From: Rhizophagus irregularis
Lineage: Eukaryota
Assembly (NCBI RefSeq): GCF_026210795.1
Contig: NC_089432.1
Span: forward strand, 5,332,001 to 5,396,000
Direction: 5' to 3'
Length of the DNA: 64,000 nucleotides
In this document: one piece after another, positions 26,529 through 40,900 of the stretch
Numbering within the stretch: position 1 is the stretch's first letter
Layout: every line of letters starts with the position of its first letter
The notes under the pieces: generated by a model
Databases searched by the model: none
The model's input: the letters and a program-made list of their open reading frames with translations, nothing else
Told to the model about the DNA's origin: nothing
Program-made: the position numbers and the translations under genes

Positions 26529-29500
26529 ACTATTACAATTATCATTAAATGATTATTTTTATTTTTTATTTTTATTTTTTTTTTAAAAAAGACGTTTCGT
26601 TTTCTCAATTTCCTCTTCCTTTTTTTAATTGCATCATCATTAATAATTTTAATCATGGGTTTATAAAAAAATTGTGAAAAATTTTCTTTTTTAATGCCGC
26701 TACCATTAATTATCATCATAAATGGTTGACATTATATCAACATGATTTTAATTTAAAAAATTTTATATAGGCCAGAAATTAATCTTTTGATAAGTGAAAT
26801 GACGTCACACAAATCACAATCTGGTAAGGATAAACTGTTGTTTGAAATTTTATTATACTGCAATTCTGCATTTTTGTAAAATTAGTATAAATAATTCTTA
26901 AAAAAAAAAAATGTCAAAATTAAATAATGTTGTACTTTATTATATTTTTCAAACTTTACATTATTCAATTAATATTCTACATTTTGTTTGTTAGTTAACA
27001 AGCTTTGGTATGAAATCTCAATTCCAAGTTATCCTAATAAATATGTTTATAAAAAAAAAATAATAATGCTAAGTTAACTATAGCTTATCTGGATTTTACG
27101 ATGAGTAAATAAAATAAGTTTCAGCTTATAGCAACTATACTATAGCGACCACGACGGTTCGATCAACGATCAATTATCAACGTAGGTGTTATATTTGCAC
27201 ACGTCCATTTCCTACGCATGCATGTTTTATTACGATCAAATCATTCTTGATTCCCTTTTTTTAAAAAAAAAATTCTGTATTCAACAATCTTCGAATACCA
27301 TTTAATCACGTGATCTAAAGTAAAAATACGTTCTATTTTATAAATAATGCATTAGAATTACAATTGCCCATTTAATATCTTTAATATATATTATATTTTC
27401 CTAATTTACGCCTCCAATCACATAAAAAGAAATTTAAAAAATATAAACTTAAACTTATTTATCTTTATTTTACTTAGGCTGGAAGAAAATACAAAAAAAT
27501 TAATCACATGATTGCATTCATCGCATGCAAACGAATTACTTCGGTTATATGTAATATGATGTATTATTTATTTTTGTTATATATGGTCATTATTTGTTAG
27601 GGAAAAAGTAGTTGATCCCACTACTCTCCAATTCCACCCATTCGGATAGATTTTATGTATATGTTTGAAAAAAGAATTTTTCTCAAGAAAAAATGCAGCT
27701 GTAAAATAGATAAAAAGAGTTAGGATTGTGTCATAATTGTAACACTGCAAGAGAATAAACTTCAGGGTAATAATAATGGTTGTAATAAATTAATGAATAA
27801 TACCTTTGTTTGTTTCTCTAGCATAAAGATCCATTACTCATTTAAATCCTTCTGCGAACATTGGTATGATTCGGTAAACCGTAATTTAGAATAAAATAAA
27901 AATTACGCCACTGCTCTCCGAATATAACGACATAATTTATACTTTACCGAGTTAAACTCTCAACATGTGACCAAAGCTTATTTATTTTTTGTAAGCTCAA
28001 TATACAATTTTAAAGTATCATAATTGATCTTATGTCATCAACAGACAAACCCAATTATTCCATCATGCATGTCATTTTCACTCATTATATTGGTAAAGAT
28101 TTCACGATACTCCATTCTAGAGTGCTATACTGTAACACCCACGGGCAAAAATAAATTCTATAAAAATTATCCAGATGTATAATAGTTGTTTGTAATAAAT
28201 AAAGACGGTTGGTACATGATAATTTGCTAAAAGGAGAAAGGTTACTTTAAGCACAGAACTCTAATAACTTAAAGATGGAAATACTTTATTACAGATCGCC
28301 TAATTCTTGGTTCATAGTCGCCATATCATACAGCAATTAAAATTATTGTACCAGGACGTAATACTAACTGTATCACCAATACAAGCAAATGTTACTTCAT
28401 TGACTTCTTTTTCTTGGATTTGAAAAATTCGGTCATATAAAGTTACATCATTGTTACATTAAACCCATTTTATCAAGTTTATTCCATAAAATATCGTTGG
28501 GAGTTGGACGAGATCTAACAATGACAGGATCAGCTCGACCATCTAATACCATTTCTACATACTAACTTACCATAATCAATCTGAGCCTAAGATTCACTCC
28601 TGGAGGTTATCTTCTTTCCTTCAATAACAAAAGTATTAAAATTGTTAATAAATATATATACGTATTAATGAGAACCTGCCATAATGAGTAAGTTATTTCA
28701 AATATGACATTTTTTTTAAATTTTGCATGGGAGCATTAGGGATCTCAGGAATCTCAGGGATTTACGCTTATCATCATCTAATTCTAAGTCAACAAGACAA
28801 GACAGTGCATTAAGTTGTAATATCCAGTGAAGTAAGCAAATAATGACACACTTTCTTCTTGCCAGCAAAGTTCATAAAATGTTACATGTGATTCGAAGTG
28901 ATTAATTTCCGCTTTAGAGTTTTAGTAGATCTGTTTGGAACATAATTAACGTTAACGCACGAAAAAAAGAAATTAAAGTTATATTATATAATGGTTTTAT
29001 TCTACTATGTTTTTATAAATGTATTAATTTTTTACAACTTAATTTAATAAAAGCGTAAGGGGTATATGCGAAAAAATCGATGGTGTAATTGATTATTTGA
29101 TTGTGACCACTTTTAATCTATCAACAAAATTCCTGCATAAAAATATATAACATCTATTCATTATATGATGCAAATTTAGAACTTTTTTACACTCATATCA
29201 CATGCGAAATTGCGAACTTATGAAAAAAATAATATCGTTTACCCGTTTGCCGCTATTTTGGTTTATATCTGATACAATCGGTATGAGATTTTTTTTCGAT
29301 TGTTACGTGCGTAGGACTGCGCCAAAGAGACACGTACTGACAGAGTATCAGTCGGAGTCATTGGGATGACGAATCTAGCCGAACAACAATTTTTTTACTT
29401 TTAATACATTCACTAACTGGAGCTTCATACAAACTTCACCAAACTGTAAAGCGCAGGAAATGATTTTATTAAATGTAAGTAAATTTGCATCCTATTTAAT

Positions 29501-30017
29501 ACGTACAGACATTCCCACCTAATTAAAGTGCGTACGTTTAACTAATCATACAGTATGCTATAGCCAAGCCTTTTAAAAAAATATACAATAAATATTTTAT
29601 ATGTAAAATGTAACTCATCAGGAACTAATACACTTTTTCGTGGTTTGATTTTACACATTTTTTTTTTGGATATTACAGGTGAAAAATCATAATAATTTTT
29701 ACTAGTAGAAAAGAATTCTATGTTATAACCGTTTATTATATGTAAAATAAAAATAATATGTTAAAATAATATTTACATAAAATAATTGACAGATTGAAAT
29801 AGTAATAAATAAGTAGTATGAGAGATGGAAAGTGTTTTAATTGTGGAGAAAATTATATTAAGGCGCTTTTTTGTCATGATCAAAAATATTGCAAAAAAAA
29901 TGTTATATTAAGGGAAAGGAGAAAGCGAAGGGGAAAGGGAAAAGCGAAGAAAAATAAATCGTATGAATTATAAATAATTTGAACGATAAATAATAAGGAT
30001 AATAAATATTATGAAAT

Positions 30018-30072
30018 ATAAATAATTTGAATGATAAATAATTTGAATGATAAATAATTTGAATGATAAATA
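30018..30072. repeat. 16-bp minisatellite (gataaataatttgaat, about 3-4 copies)
   Basis: Tandem units are directly visible, with a degenerate copy near 29970-29992. Confidence 0.7.
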
Positions 30073-30234
30073 GTATGAAAAATAGTATGAGGAGAAATAA
30101 ATCATATAAAGGGAATGTATTATAAATAGTTTAAACGATAAATGATAATGAATTAATGAATTATAAAAATTAGTTTAAATAGTATAATTTATAAATAAAT
30201 TTCGCAGAGTTCAGACATTCTTCCTTACGATGAC

Positions 30235-30415
30235 GTACCGGTATTTATAATTGATGATGGTCGAAATATGGTAAAGTTTAAAAAAGCTTAAAAAAAGTTT
30301 GATGGTTACACCAGATAAATCACTTATTCACGCTAGCTTGTTATATTGGGAATCAATTTGATTTACCCAATATAACAGTTATTACTTATTCGGCACTTCG
30401 TGCCGAATAACTATT
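30235..30415. repeat. Dispersed repeat with an 11-bp hairpin; inverted relatives at about 34415-34545 and 42895-42985
   Basis: aaaagtttgatggttacaccagataaatcactta matches the reverse complement near 42900-42935. The hairpin ttattcggcac-ttc-gtgccgaataa (30386-30410) recurs inverted near 34422-34448. Confidence 0.65.
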
Positions 30416-32225
30416 TATTGTATAGTCTGAATAATACAATATGAAAAAATGCGAAATATTCGCGGAGATAGAAATACTTTTTTACAATAACGCAAGAGTA
30501 ATTTCCTTATTGTAGGCGTTTAGCCTAAATAATATGAAAAATAAATATAAATAAATTAATAAATTAATAAATTAACTGTTTTTCATACGCCACATCGTAA
30601 AAAGGAATCCTTACGACGATGCATGATTTCTTATAGATAAAAGAATAATAATTTTATTACATATAATAAGTTTTAATGTTTAATCTTTTAGATTGAATGA
30701 TAAATGTGAGAAATATTATAACAAATGTTTTTAAGAATAAATATAATAAGTAAAAGATTTTTTCATGTTTTGATTTGATTTTGAAAGAATAAAAAAAAAT
30801 TTGAAAAATTTAAACACGCCAAAAGTGAGGAGACTTTTTTCTCATTAGACGGGATATAACTCCGAAAAAATTTTAATTTTCCTAAATGGGAATTTATGCA
30901 ATTAAAACTAGTTTTTTTCATCAAGTTTTAAATAAAAAAAATTATTTTAAAAGTTTATTTACATCAAAGCCCAAATGAAGGTATCGCTTATCAAAGATGA
31001 ATTAAGAATTTGATTAACCTAATTTATATATTTATTGATTTTTTGACTATACCGAAATATTACATAATCATTCATTTCATAAATCGCAAAATAAACATAA
31101 TGGTACATATCTGCTCCTAAAATAGTCCTTTGATTCATTTGTAATTTGATTGGTCAGATCTTTGGTCTAAAAGTTCATATGAACGACTGTATGTATACTT
31201 TCAACAAACATTATTCCGTTATATGTCTTTTTAGTCATTTGTTAGTTTTGGTCTCCTGAAAGCAAATGTGTTCGAAAAGAACATCATATTGATAACAATT
31301 CTAATAAAATTGTTGGTTAATAAACGTAGTTGCATGCGTATTGCGGCGTTTCAGTTGTAAACGTTCAGGAATGATTTATAATTATATATTATGTCTTAAA
31401 TGCGGAATACAAAAGAAAAAAAAGTTTCGTATGTAATTTCAAAATATACATACAGTATAATAAATATTACATTTTATTATTAATTCTTTTAACAAAATGT
31501 AATATTATCAACAATAATATTAATTGCTTCTAATATGGAATAACAAAATTTTAATCGATAGACCATCTACAGCACTATAAATTTATTAAAGTAATGAAAC
31601 TGGTTGTTCAAAGTTTCGTACTGAATAGTAAGTTATTTAATTTAACGAGTGCTAATGAAATATCTCAAAAAGATGAAAGTAAATTCATTCAGGTAGGTGG
31701 TTGCTTTTTTAATTATTTTTGTTTATTTTTGTCGGTATTTTTTATCTACTCGGCCACCTCGTTTTTGGTGCTACCATCAAAAATTTAGTGTAACGACCAA
31801 AAATTCCGATCAATTAAAATTACGTACAAGTACAAGGGAATTATTAAAAACATACAACTATCTCTATAATAAAGTATTTTAGAATTCCTGAATATATTAT
31901 CTAAAATATAAAAATAACCTCTATTGTTTTAAATAATTATCAGACCTGTTAATAATAAGAACGATTGTATTGATTAATAATGGTATGTGACACGAAGTAT
32001 CATCAATATAATAAGACATGATGTGCTAAATATTGGTACAACAATTACACATGTACATATATTATTATTTTTTTTTATTATTTTATTATTATTATACTAA
32101 CAATACAACATGAGTTAAAATTACAAAATTACAAAATTTAAGAACAAGTCTTCTTACTAATGCCGCTGTCCATAATATCTAATATTTTGTATACCACCAC
32201 TTAAACCGTGTTTGGAGGCGTGCCA

Positions 32226-32671
32226 TCATTTTCGCCACAATCCATCGAGATCCACAGGTTGTTTAGCGATTTTACATTCACTTTCATATTTTATTGGAGG
32301 GTCGACAGGAAATTTGCAAAGTTGACCACAAGCAACAAGAGTATCATAAAATTCTTTAGTACACGCGCAACTTACATCGAATATAAAGTTTGCTTAAAAA
32401 AAAAAAATATTTATTAATTATTACTTTCCATGATAACTATATTTACTATATTTACTTGTTATTTATTGAACTTACCATCAACTCCCACACCTTTGTTTTT
32501 GTAATGGAATATTTTACTAAAATCAAGCTTGCGATTACAAGGAGCCAAAAGTTCATTTAAATAATAACAATTTTGATCAGCATTTGGGCAGTTAACAAGT
32601 ACTGCTAATCCGACATAAAAAAATAATGACAAGATTATGTTAATAATAATAAAATGATTTAGTAACTTCAT
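32226..32671 (-). CDS. Small secreted 8-cysteine protein, CFEM-like spacing (120 aa; exons 32671-32476, 32392-32226)
   Basis: Hydrophobic N-terminus MKLLNHFIIINIILSLFFYVGLA and a GT-AG intron. Spliced product: CPNADQNCYYLNELLAPC...DVSCACTKEFYDTLVACGQLCKFPVDPPIKYESECKIAK. A paralogue with the same first intron lies at 41485-42012. Confidence 0.8.
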
Positions 32672-33765
32672 TTTTAAAAACAACGTTTTCGTCGCAAAGT
32701 ATTTTTAAAGTAATAAAATTTTAACAGAAAGTACGTAGGTTTTAATTTTGGATTGGAAAGAAATTCGGTAGTTATTTATTTATTCTTTTTTTGTTTGCAC
32801 AATATTAATATGTTGCTCATTAAATGATTGTTTAATTTTTATAATAAATTAATTCCATCGATTTTTTTTTTTTAAGAAAAAAGAAGATTCCATCTATCTA
32901 TTTTGCTTGAGTTACAACAGAATTACTATATATAGATATATGTATAGTTCGTTCGATTTTGCAATTAAAGTTCGTGAACCATAAAATTATTTTTATCAAT
33001 CCACAATGTCGAATGCTTTTATTTGTTTTTTTTCCTTTGTTCTTCTTTTTTTGTCTTGTTTGTTCCTATTTTCTTATTATTCTTACAATTTAAGGTTTAA
33101 ACAGTTGATCTTTTATGAAACATCGTTCAGTACAGATTGCATGGAATGCAAATGAAATGTCTTTATAAATACAATCTGAGATAAAAAAAATGAAATGTGA
33201 TAAACCAATAGAAAATTAATATATTTATCGCTTTGTTAAATTATTCCGAGTCTTTCACCTCCCACTAGCCCTACTCGACGTTCTTATGTCTACAGAAGAC
33301 CCTACTGTACCTCAAAAATCCGTTGTATGGTCTTTACAAAGTCATAAAATCTGAAAAAATTTCCCTAGCCTTTCGACAACTGCACCATGTTTCGATATAA
33401 GGCAATTGGTACATTGTACCCAACTTTCGCAAGATATTACCTTTTATGACTAAATCCGGCTAACACTTTGTTATTTACCCTTATACGTACGTACCACCGG
33501 GATTTTTTTGTTATGATAAACAACGGATTTACCATCGGATGTCCAAAAATCATTTGGATCTTCAAATAAAATATTACGTAATTAGTTAAATTCATTTCTC
33601 AAAGGAACTGTTTCCAAATATTTTCGTCGGCTGTAACAATTACTCAAGGAGTCAAGGACAAATTGATTGCAATTAAAAATAGAATTTTTTTTATCAATGA
33701 GCCCACTAAAAATGGAAAAACCAAACCTTTTAAACTTTTTTTTCGTATAAACAATATACGATATA

Positions 33766-33883
33766 CCGTATTTTGCGGTTAGTAAGCACCCCTGGTCAGA
33801 ATTATGGCGATTTTGACCAGAATTATGAGGATCTTGGCCGGCATTAAGTGCAAAAAAGGGTGCTTATATACCGTAAAATACGG
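33766..33883. mobile_element. 118-bp Tc1/mariner-like MITE flanked by TA
   Basis: TA|ccgtattttgcggttagtaagcaccc ... gggtgcttatataccgtaaaatacgg|TA. Confidence 0.7.
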
Positions 33884-35642
33884 TATTTAGGATTCTATTT
33901 ACAATGTACATCCGAATGTTCTATACCTGCGACTCTATTATTAATCAAACTCATACGATATCACATCTACCTCGTGACCACAAATTTTACGAAACCCAAA
34001 CCAAAGAAAAAGTTAACAAACCAAAAGATGTTTATGACAAACACCTTGGTATGAAATACAGAGTTACTCTTAGACGATACTATAATCTTTGACAACATAT
34101 AGAATATATAAGAGAAGCTAACCAAGTTGTAAGCTTGAATTTGACATTGTCCAGCTATATGTGCATGTAATACTGCAAATACTCTCTTTCTATCTCTTTT
34201 TTTTTATTCCTTAAAAATATCATGTTTAAAAGAATTAAGGATTCTTAACCGCCAGCTTAAACGTAATTTATGTAAAACAATATTTTACACATTAATTTTT
34301 TTTTTATAATAGACGTCTTTTTTTTTGTACAAAAAATTCATTTATTTTAACCTAAATTACCTGGCCTTTGTCAAATAAGCAAAGCTGTTCAACAAGTATG
34401 AAACTACTCAGATAATTAATAGTTATTCGGCTCGAAGTGCCGAATAAGTGATTTATCCGGTATCCCGTGATTTGAAGATTGCCTGATACAATAATTATAA
34501 AAATCACGTGATACCGGATAATAGTTTTTATCAAGCTAGTTTGCATATTCATATTTTTATACTCATTTTTCGAATATCTTAATATAATTTAATAAAAATT
34601 AGGTAATTAAGTTTCACAAAAATGATTACACTTGTGCTACATGATCATATGACAGATATTAAGAAATTACTTCAACAAAAAGTTGCGTTAAAAAAAAATT
34701 TTTTCTTTCGTAACCTCCCTATTAAACTCCCCATCAACTCCCCCATCAAATTTTCAACCAGTTTTTACATCAAGTAAGTTGAGAAATTTTGCAAGTATAT
34801 TAGTAATTATTTTACATTAGACACAACTTGGTTTATTTAGAAAGCAAAATTATTCAAAAAAATCTTTCAATAAATAAATAACTCTAAATATTAATAATGA
34901 TGATTTTAGTGAAATTAAATTATGTCTTGATTAGTTGTTTAATTATAATCTATTTTGATATTTATTATTAATTATTTTTCAGTTAATTTTTTTTCGTTAA
35001 ATCATTAAATATTCTGGATTTTTGTAAAGTTTTTCTATAAACTAATTTTACAATATTTTTTTCCCTTTTTTTCTAGAAACTCCTTCTAATGGCTTCGGGT
35101 TAAAAGAGGTAAATATTTTGGGAGAGGTCTTAAAAGTTTTTTTATATATTTTTGACATTTTTTCTTACGTAGGAACGGATCGGAAAATATGTGCCAAGGG
35201 ACCGGTCGTTTAAAAAACGAAAATCGAAACGTTAGTAGAACGTTTCACTAAAAAAACAATTCCAAAATAAAATTTTGTATTCCTTCACTGAAATTCTTGC
35301 TCAAAGACCCGGTCACCTAAAAAAACAATAGAAACATATTAGTAGACGTTTCATATAAATTCAAAAAAAAACTTTTTCTCCTACCGAAATCTGCATCCAA
35401 ACAAAAAAGGAGGAAAGGGACCGTGATGATAATGAAATCAAGGCTGATCCGTGAAATAACTAATTTATACCACGGAGACTACCATTTTTAAATTGATACT
35501 TTTTAGCTTATCTTTTTAAATAAACATCATTCATAAAAGGGAAATCACAGGAATCGTGATATAAAACTAAAAAATTTATTTTAAGAAAAATAAATGGATA
35601 CAGTATTTTCTACTATATACTCTTATCATACATAATAATATT

Positions 35643-36529
35643 TTATTTGTTTTTTTGTTTCTTAATTGTTGATTTTTCATTCTCCAACCTATCTTTCAAT
35701 AAACCAGCAATAATCTCCAACACTTGTTTTACTTTTTTTTTTAGGTCTGATTCTTCCTCTGAATTTTTTAAAACAGTCTCTCGGAAAGTTTGATCATGAT
35801 TGGTTCTTTAAACGAACATGAAATTTTTTCTGGACTGTATGATAAAAAATACCAATCTGTTGCTGTTGTAATGGCACCATAAAGGTATTCGCAATCCCAA
35901 AAAGCAACACCTGCCTTACGTTTTTTCCTGTTAGTTTGTAGGGCACTCTCACATTGAATAACATTTTGAATGAAACCTTTATTAACCAAGTATCGCTTGC
36001 TTTCAGTAATACAAATCAGTTCCTCAAGTGATATTATTGTATAATCAACACGGCCACAATTTTCATCACCCACGATTTGAAGTTGAGGAAGCAAACTAAT
36101 TTCTTTATCAGTTTCTCTCCTGGCAATATGAATTGCAGCGTGAAGAATTGCCGAAATATACTCATTACGCATTGCCTCGTTACTATCAGGAATTAAAGTT
36201 CCCAAGTTGCGCAACTTACGTTTTATATCATTCATACATTGTTGCAATTCATCGTCATCATTGGTGAGTGATAAGGAAGACGGTGTGAATTGAGGAACAG
36301 CGGATAAACTGCTACCATAAATATTAAACTTACCTCCTTTCAACCCATAACTTCGAAATGTTTCTTCTGTTATTTTGAAAAAGATACTACCAGTTATTTC
36401 TTGATCGCGAAGAATATCAAAATATTCTTCTTTAATTTGGATATTGTTTCTTAAAAATTCGATGAGAGATTCAGTATCATATTTATAAATATCATCTAAG
36501 TTTTCTTCAAAAGTGGACATAATGGACAC
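35643..36529 (-). pseudogene. SAM-like header plus PD-(D/E)xK restriction-endonuclease-fold (Crinkler-like) gene with a 3' frameshift
   Basis: The N-terminus YDTESLIEFL...ILRDQEITGSIFFKITEETFRSYGLKGG is SAM-like. The C-terminal GRVDY...ICITESK...QNVIQ...YGAITTATDWYF is REase-like. After the gagaga run near 35780 another frame continues ETVLKNSEEESDLKKKVKQVLEIIAGLLKDRL...KKQKNK* to 35643. Confidence 0.7.
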
Positions 36530-37275
36530 ACTTATGTATTTGTTTGTTACACCATATTTGGCTTGTTCAAAATCCGGTTTATTTATTTTTGATTGGGCTG
36601 ATAAGTGACACGAAAATTTTTTTTTTTAGGATCGGTGGATTAGCGGATATGCAAAAAAAATCTCCAAAATTTTATAACATAAAAAAATCGTACATCATGG
36701 TCGTATGCGTCGTCTTGATAGTGCTTTTCTAACAAAAATGCCGATTTTTTTTTACAACTTTACCTTCTCGTAAACAAGACGATTTGAAACAAGTTATGGG
36801 TAGTCCTTTTTATTTTTTTTCGATGTTTTGAAACGACATTAACGCCCATTTTTACTTCTTTTTTTAGGAGAATTACCGAAGTGTTCTTTTGGTTCTCTTT
36901 TATTATCAAATAAAAGTAATAATTTTTTTTACAAGGACAACTAAGTTATGGGTGGCCTTTTTATCTTTTTTTTATTAACATAACATTTAGTATATAAAAA
37001 TAATTATTTTTAAAAAATAAAATTTTTTAAAATGTAATTAAAACAATAATGAATTTGAATTTAAATAAAATTCTTTTATGATCATAGAAAATTACTCAAA
37101 AAAACAGTTTTTTTTGTCTAATCAACAACTTTGTAAAAAATTTTATTCTCTATAAATTTTTTTTTTTTTTTTAAATTTCACGGCGTTGTTCTCTACAGTA
37201 TAATAAATTTTATAATCGAAGTATATAAAATTTGAAATATAAATCTACATCTTGTTTTTTAAAAATTTTTTTTTA

Positions 37276-37992
37276 CTATATTGTTTGTACAACTGATAAA
37301 TTTCGCGATTGCGCGATATAAAATTTAATATATACGTATCCCGCCATATTTACAAACCCATTAATTTCCTTTGATACTTTTTTTTTCCATTCAATTAAAA
37401 TTTCTCCTCTCAAAAATCGTGGTCGCCTTTTTTTGGTTGTTACTTTTGCAATTTTTGATTGATGATTGTAATAATTGTTCGAGAGGATCCATATCATCAT
37501 CTAATTGATTTTGAGAACTAGGACTGTTTATAGAAGAATTCCAAGAAACTGGATCTAAGCATACGACATAAGTTTCTTGATTTTGCGAGTAAACCTTCTT
37601 TCCCATTAATTTGAATTCAAAACTTCACTTAATTCTTGATATGCATTGAATCCTCGAAAAATACACCTAGAAATTTTTTTTGCTTTTGAATAATAGTGAA
37701 TATTACTGGTGAAGATAGAAAAAAAAAGGCTCTCTGGGCATGGTATAGAAATTGTTTTCTTCCCCATACTTCTAAAGTTCAAAGATAATTTTTTATGTAT
37801 TTCCGAGACTAAGACCTGTTTGAATTCTGCTACGATATTAAATGGTAACTCGTCAAGTTCTTGATTTTGATTATATTTTCGTACAATTATCTTATGTCTC
37901 GTCAAACCTTTTGAATTTTTGAACCCTTTTCCACAAGTAGAACAGAAAAAATTATTTGGTAATTGAGTGCAAGAAAGCGTTGCTGATGGCAT
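37276..37992 (-). pseudogene. Degenerate gene with an N-terminal C2H2-like zinc finger, broken into three ORF pieces
   Basis: FFCSTCGKGFKNSKGLTRH motif, an in-frame TAA at 37606-37608 and overlapping downstream ORFs in shifted frames. Confidence 0.5.
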
Positions 37993-40900
37993 GGTTGCAA
38001 TTTATGTAGTTTATAAGTTTTTTATGTGTTTAAAAACAAGAAAGTGAAAACTGAATATGCAATAGAAATGGTCTGTAATTAAACTTTATGTCCAGCGATA
38101 ATTATTTTTACTTGAATGGTATAATGGGTTTTTGACATGAATAATGGGTTTTACCTTTTGCTTTGTTGGTATTAGGTGGTTTCGAGAGGGTTATTTGAGG
38201 TTGTTTGACGGTTTTGTGGTACAAATAACCATTTTTAGGGACAATTTTGTGGTTCAAAATCCGCAGATCCGCAGATATGAAAAAAAGAAATTATATGTAC
38301 CGAAAAAAATTCTGAAAAAAAAAGGGTCCAAAAAGACCGAAAAAAATATTCAAAAAAAAAAATTAATAATTCGGTCTAGAAAAAAAAGACCGATAGGATT
38401 ATTTAAAAAAAAAAAATAATAATAATTTTTGGTTTGGGAAAAAAAACCAAACTGAAAAGAAAGAGGAAATTAAAAAAGAAAAAATTTCGGGTCTTATTTG
38501 ATACTCGATAATAAAATCAAAAAAAGTCTTTCTCGTTAATTATTATTTTTACTCCCCCAAAAGAAATAACTATCTCCACTTGTTTTACACAAAAAATATT
38601 ATTTTCTACTTATAAAAGTTATTAAAATGTTATCTTTGCTCATTTGTTTCACGCGAAAAACATTATATCGCATGAGGATCTTATTAAGATATTTTTATAT
38701 GAATATTTAGAGTAATCAAAGATAATAATAATAAAATATTAGAACATATATTTTTATAGCCAAGTAATTGTGAAGAAGACAATAATAATAAAGAGAATAA
38801 GTTGGCTTTAAATTTTAAAGAGCTTGAGTATTGAGAAAATGATTTAGCATTAAAAGAACGTGAATTTGCTTTAAGGGAACGTGAAGAAAAAATTCGTGTA
38901 ATGGTGGATCAAAATCGAATCTCATTTGTTGGAGAGAAAATTGAAATTAAACAAAAAAATTAATTCAACATTGCATTCAAAGATTAAATGCATGATTCAA
39001 AAAAGAAAAATTCAAAAATGACGAAATGATCGGCAATGATCGGATGTTATATATAATAAGGCAAAAAAATTTTTTAGATTTAAAATTTTAAGGCCAGCCG
39101 GCATTTTTTTTTTATATACTGTATGTAAAATTTTTTCATATGTAAAATTTTTTTACGCACATTGGCAAAAAACTTAAAATCACGTGATAAAAATTTCAAT
39201 GTCATCAAGATTGTTATATACATTTTGAGAATTGTTATTGGCCTGAGTTTTCTATTTGGAAGATGTTACAAATCATTTTTTTTTATTATAAAAAAAAAAA
39301 AATTTTCCATTTTTCGAAAAACTGACCCGGCCGGGGGTCGCGAGAATCTAAATTTTTTTTTTTTTTTGCCCGGCCTAATTTACAGTTGGGTATTAGTAAC
39401 GATATATAATTTCTTAATAGATTTTACAATTTTAATTCAGAATTTATATATTTACTAATCATGGAATTAATTATTAAAGCTTAAAATGAATTATCATTTA
39501 AGGAACAAAAAATCGAATCTACAAAGATTCGATAATCGATTCCAATCCTTATATAATGGAATTGTCTAATTGTAAAAAGGAGCATCAGTTGAAATTGGCT
39601 AATTAAGAAATGGTATTAATAAAAAATATTTTAAAGATTTTAATAAAAAATTCACAATAAAATTTTTCTGTTTATACCCTAAAGTCATTATTCATAATCA
39701 TTTGATTTTGATTGGTTGACAACTTATCACATGATTTTAATCTAAAAATTGAATTATAGTGCTGGGCAACATTAACCTCAGTCACTTTGAGAATATTCAT
39801 TTGTCATTTCAATTCATGTGCTAAACACTACGGTCTAAGTGCGACCATAATGAAAATTTTTAAAAAAATGTGTATTTAGAGAAGTGTACATTTAGAGAGA
39901 GAAGTTTCATATTATGTCTAGACATAGTAAGAGGATGAATTTAAATTTTAAAGAAAAAATATATAATACATGCACTTAGAGAGGGAATGCTACAATATTA
40001 AAAAATTAAATTTTGTTTATCTTGAAGACACGTGTTAAAAAAAAAATATAAAAAACCCCTGATTTCTATGCATGAAGCTCGTTCCAAAATTCTCTCACAC
40101 AAGGAGCAATGGGTTATGATTATTATAATCTTGAGGTTCAGCTTGTTGTTTCATTGGAATGGAAAGTGCTCATAAGTCCTAATCGAATAAAAAATATATA
40201 TATAGAACGTGAGATACTACGAATTTCTTGCTCAAGAGGTAAACACTTACCAGTGGTGGACTGGTGGGGTGTCCACAATTATTAAGTGGATATTTTCATC
40301 AATTGGACCTTGAGGGAAGTAAAACTCAATGTCTTCCCTAGAGGACATCTCCTTACCCCGAGTTCTTGTTCAAAGTTAATATCAGAAGGATGTTTGGCGT
40401 TAAGAAATTCCATTCTTTCGACAAATATTAACTTGCCATAGGATTAAGTCTTTCGCATCAATATTAATGAAACTTTTGGATTTACTTTGGAAATTAATTT
40501 CCTGAATTCCCCCATATATATATATAAATGGTTGTTGAATAATTATTACGAGCTGTGAGTCAGTAATTACTACGAACTGTGAAACAGCGATGTTTCAAGA
40601 ATCAAATGAAATCAGCTATCACAATAGGACCCGAAAAATATTAGTCCAACCAAAAAAAATTACTATTGGCTGTACGCATTTTTTCAGGGCCGGAATTATG
40701 ATACTGGAAATAAAATTCTGGCCAAATTTATCAAAAATTGTCTAAAAAAGGAAAGATTTACATGATTGTTTTTTTCCTACATATTCTACGCATTCTCCTT
40801 CTACCTATTTCAGTATTTTGCCGATCAAAGTGACCTCAGCCAATATCTATTAGAAATTTCGAGGGCATAAACTTTCAGAGAGTTTTAAAATTTATGTGCA

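Noticed and set aside
27900..28900. Possible minus-strand coding relic near 28200-28680
   Set aside because: Only short open stretches and no recognisable family.
30386..30410. Hairpin as a rho-independent terminator or Helitron 3' end
   Set aside because: The context is eukaryotic and there is no adjacent CTRR terminus; kept only as part of a dispersed repeat.
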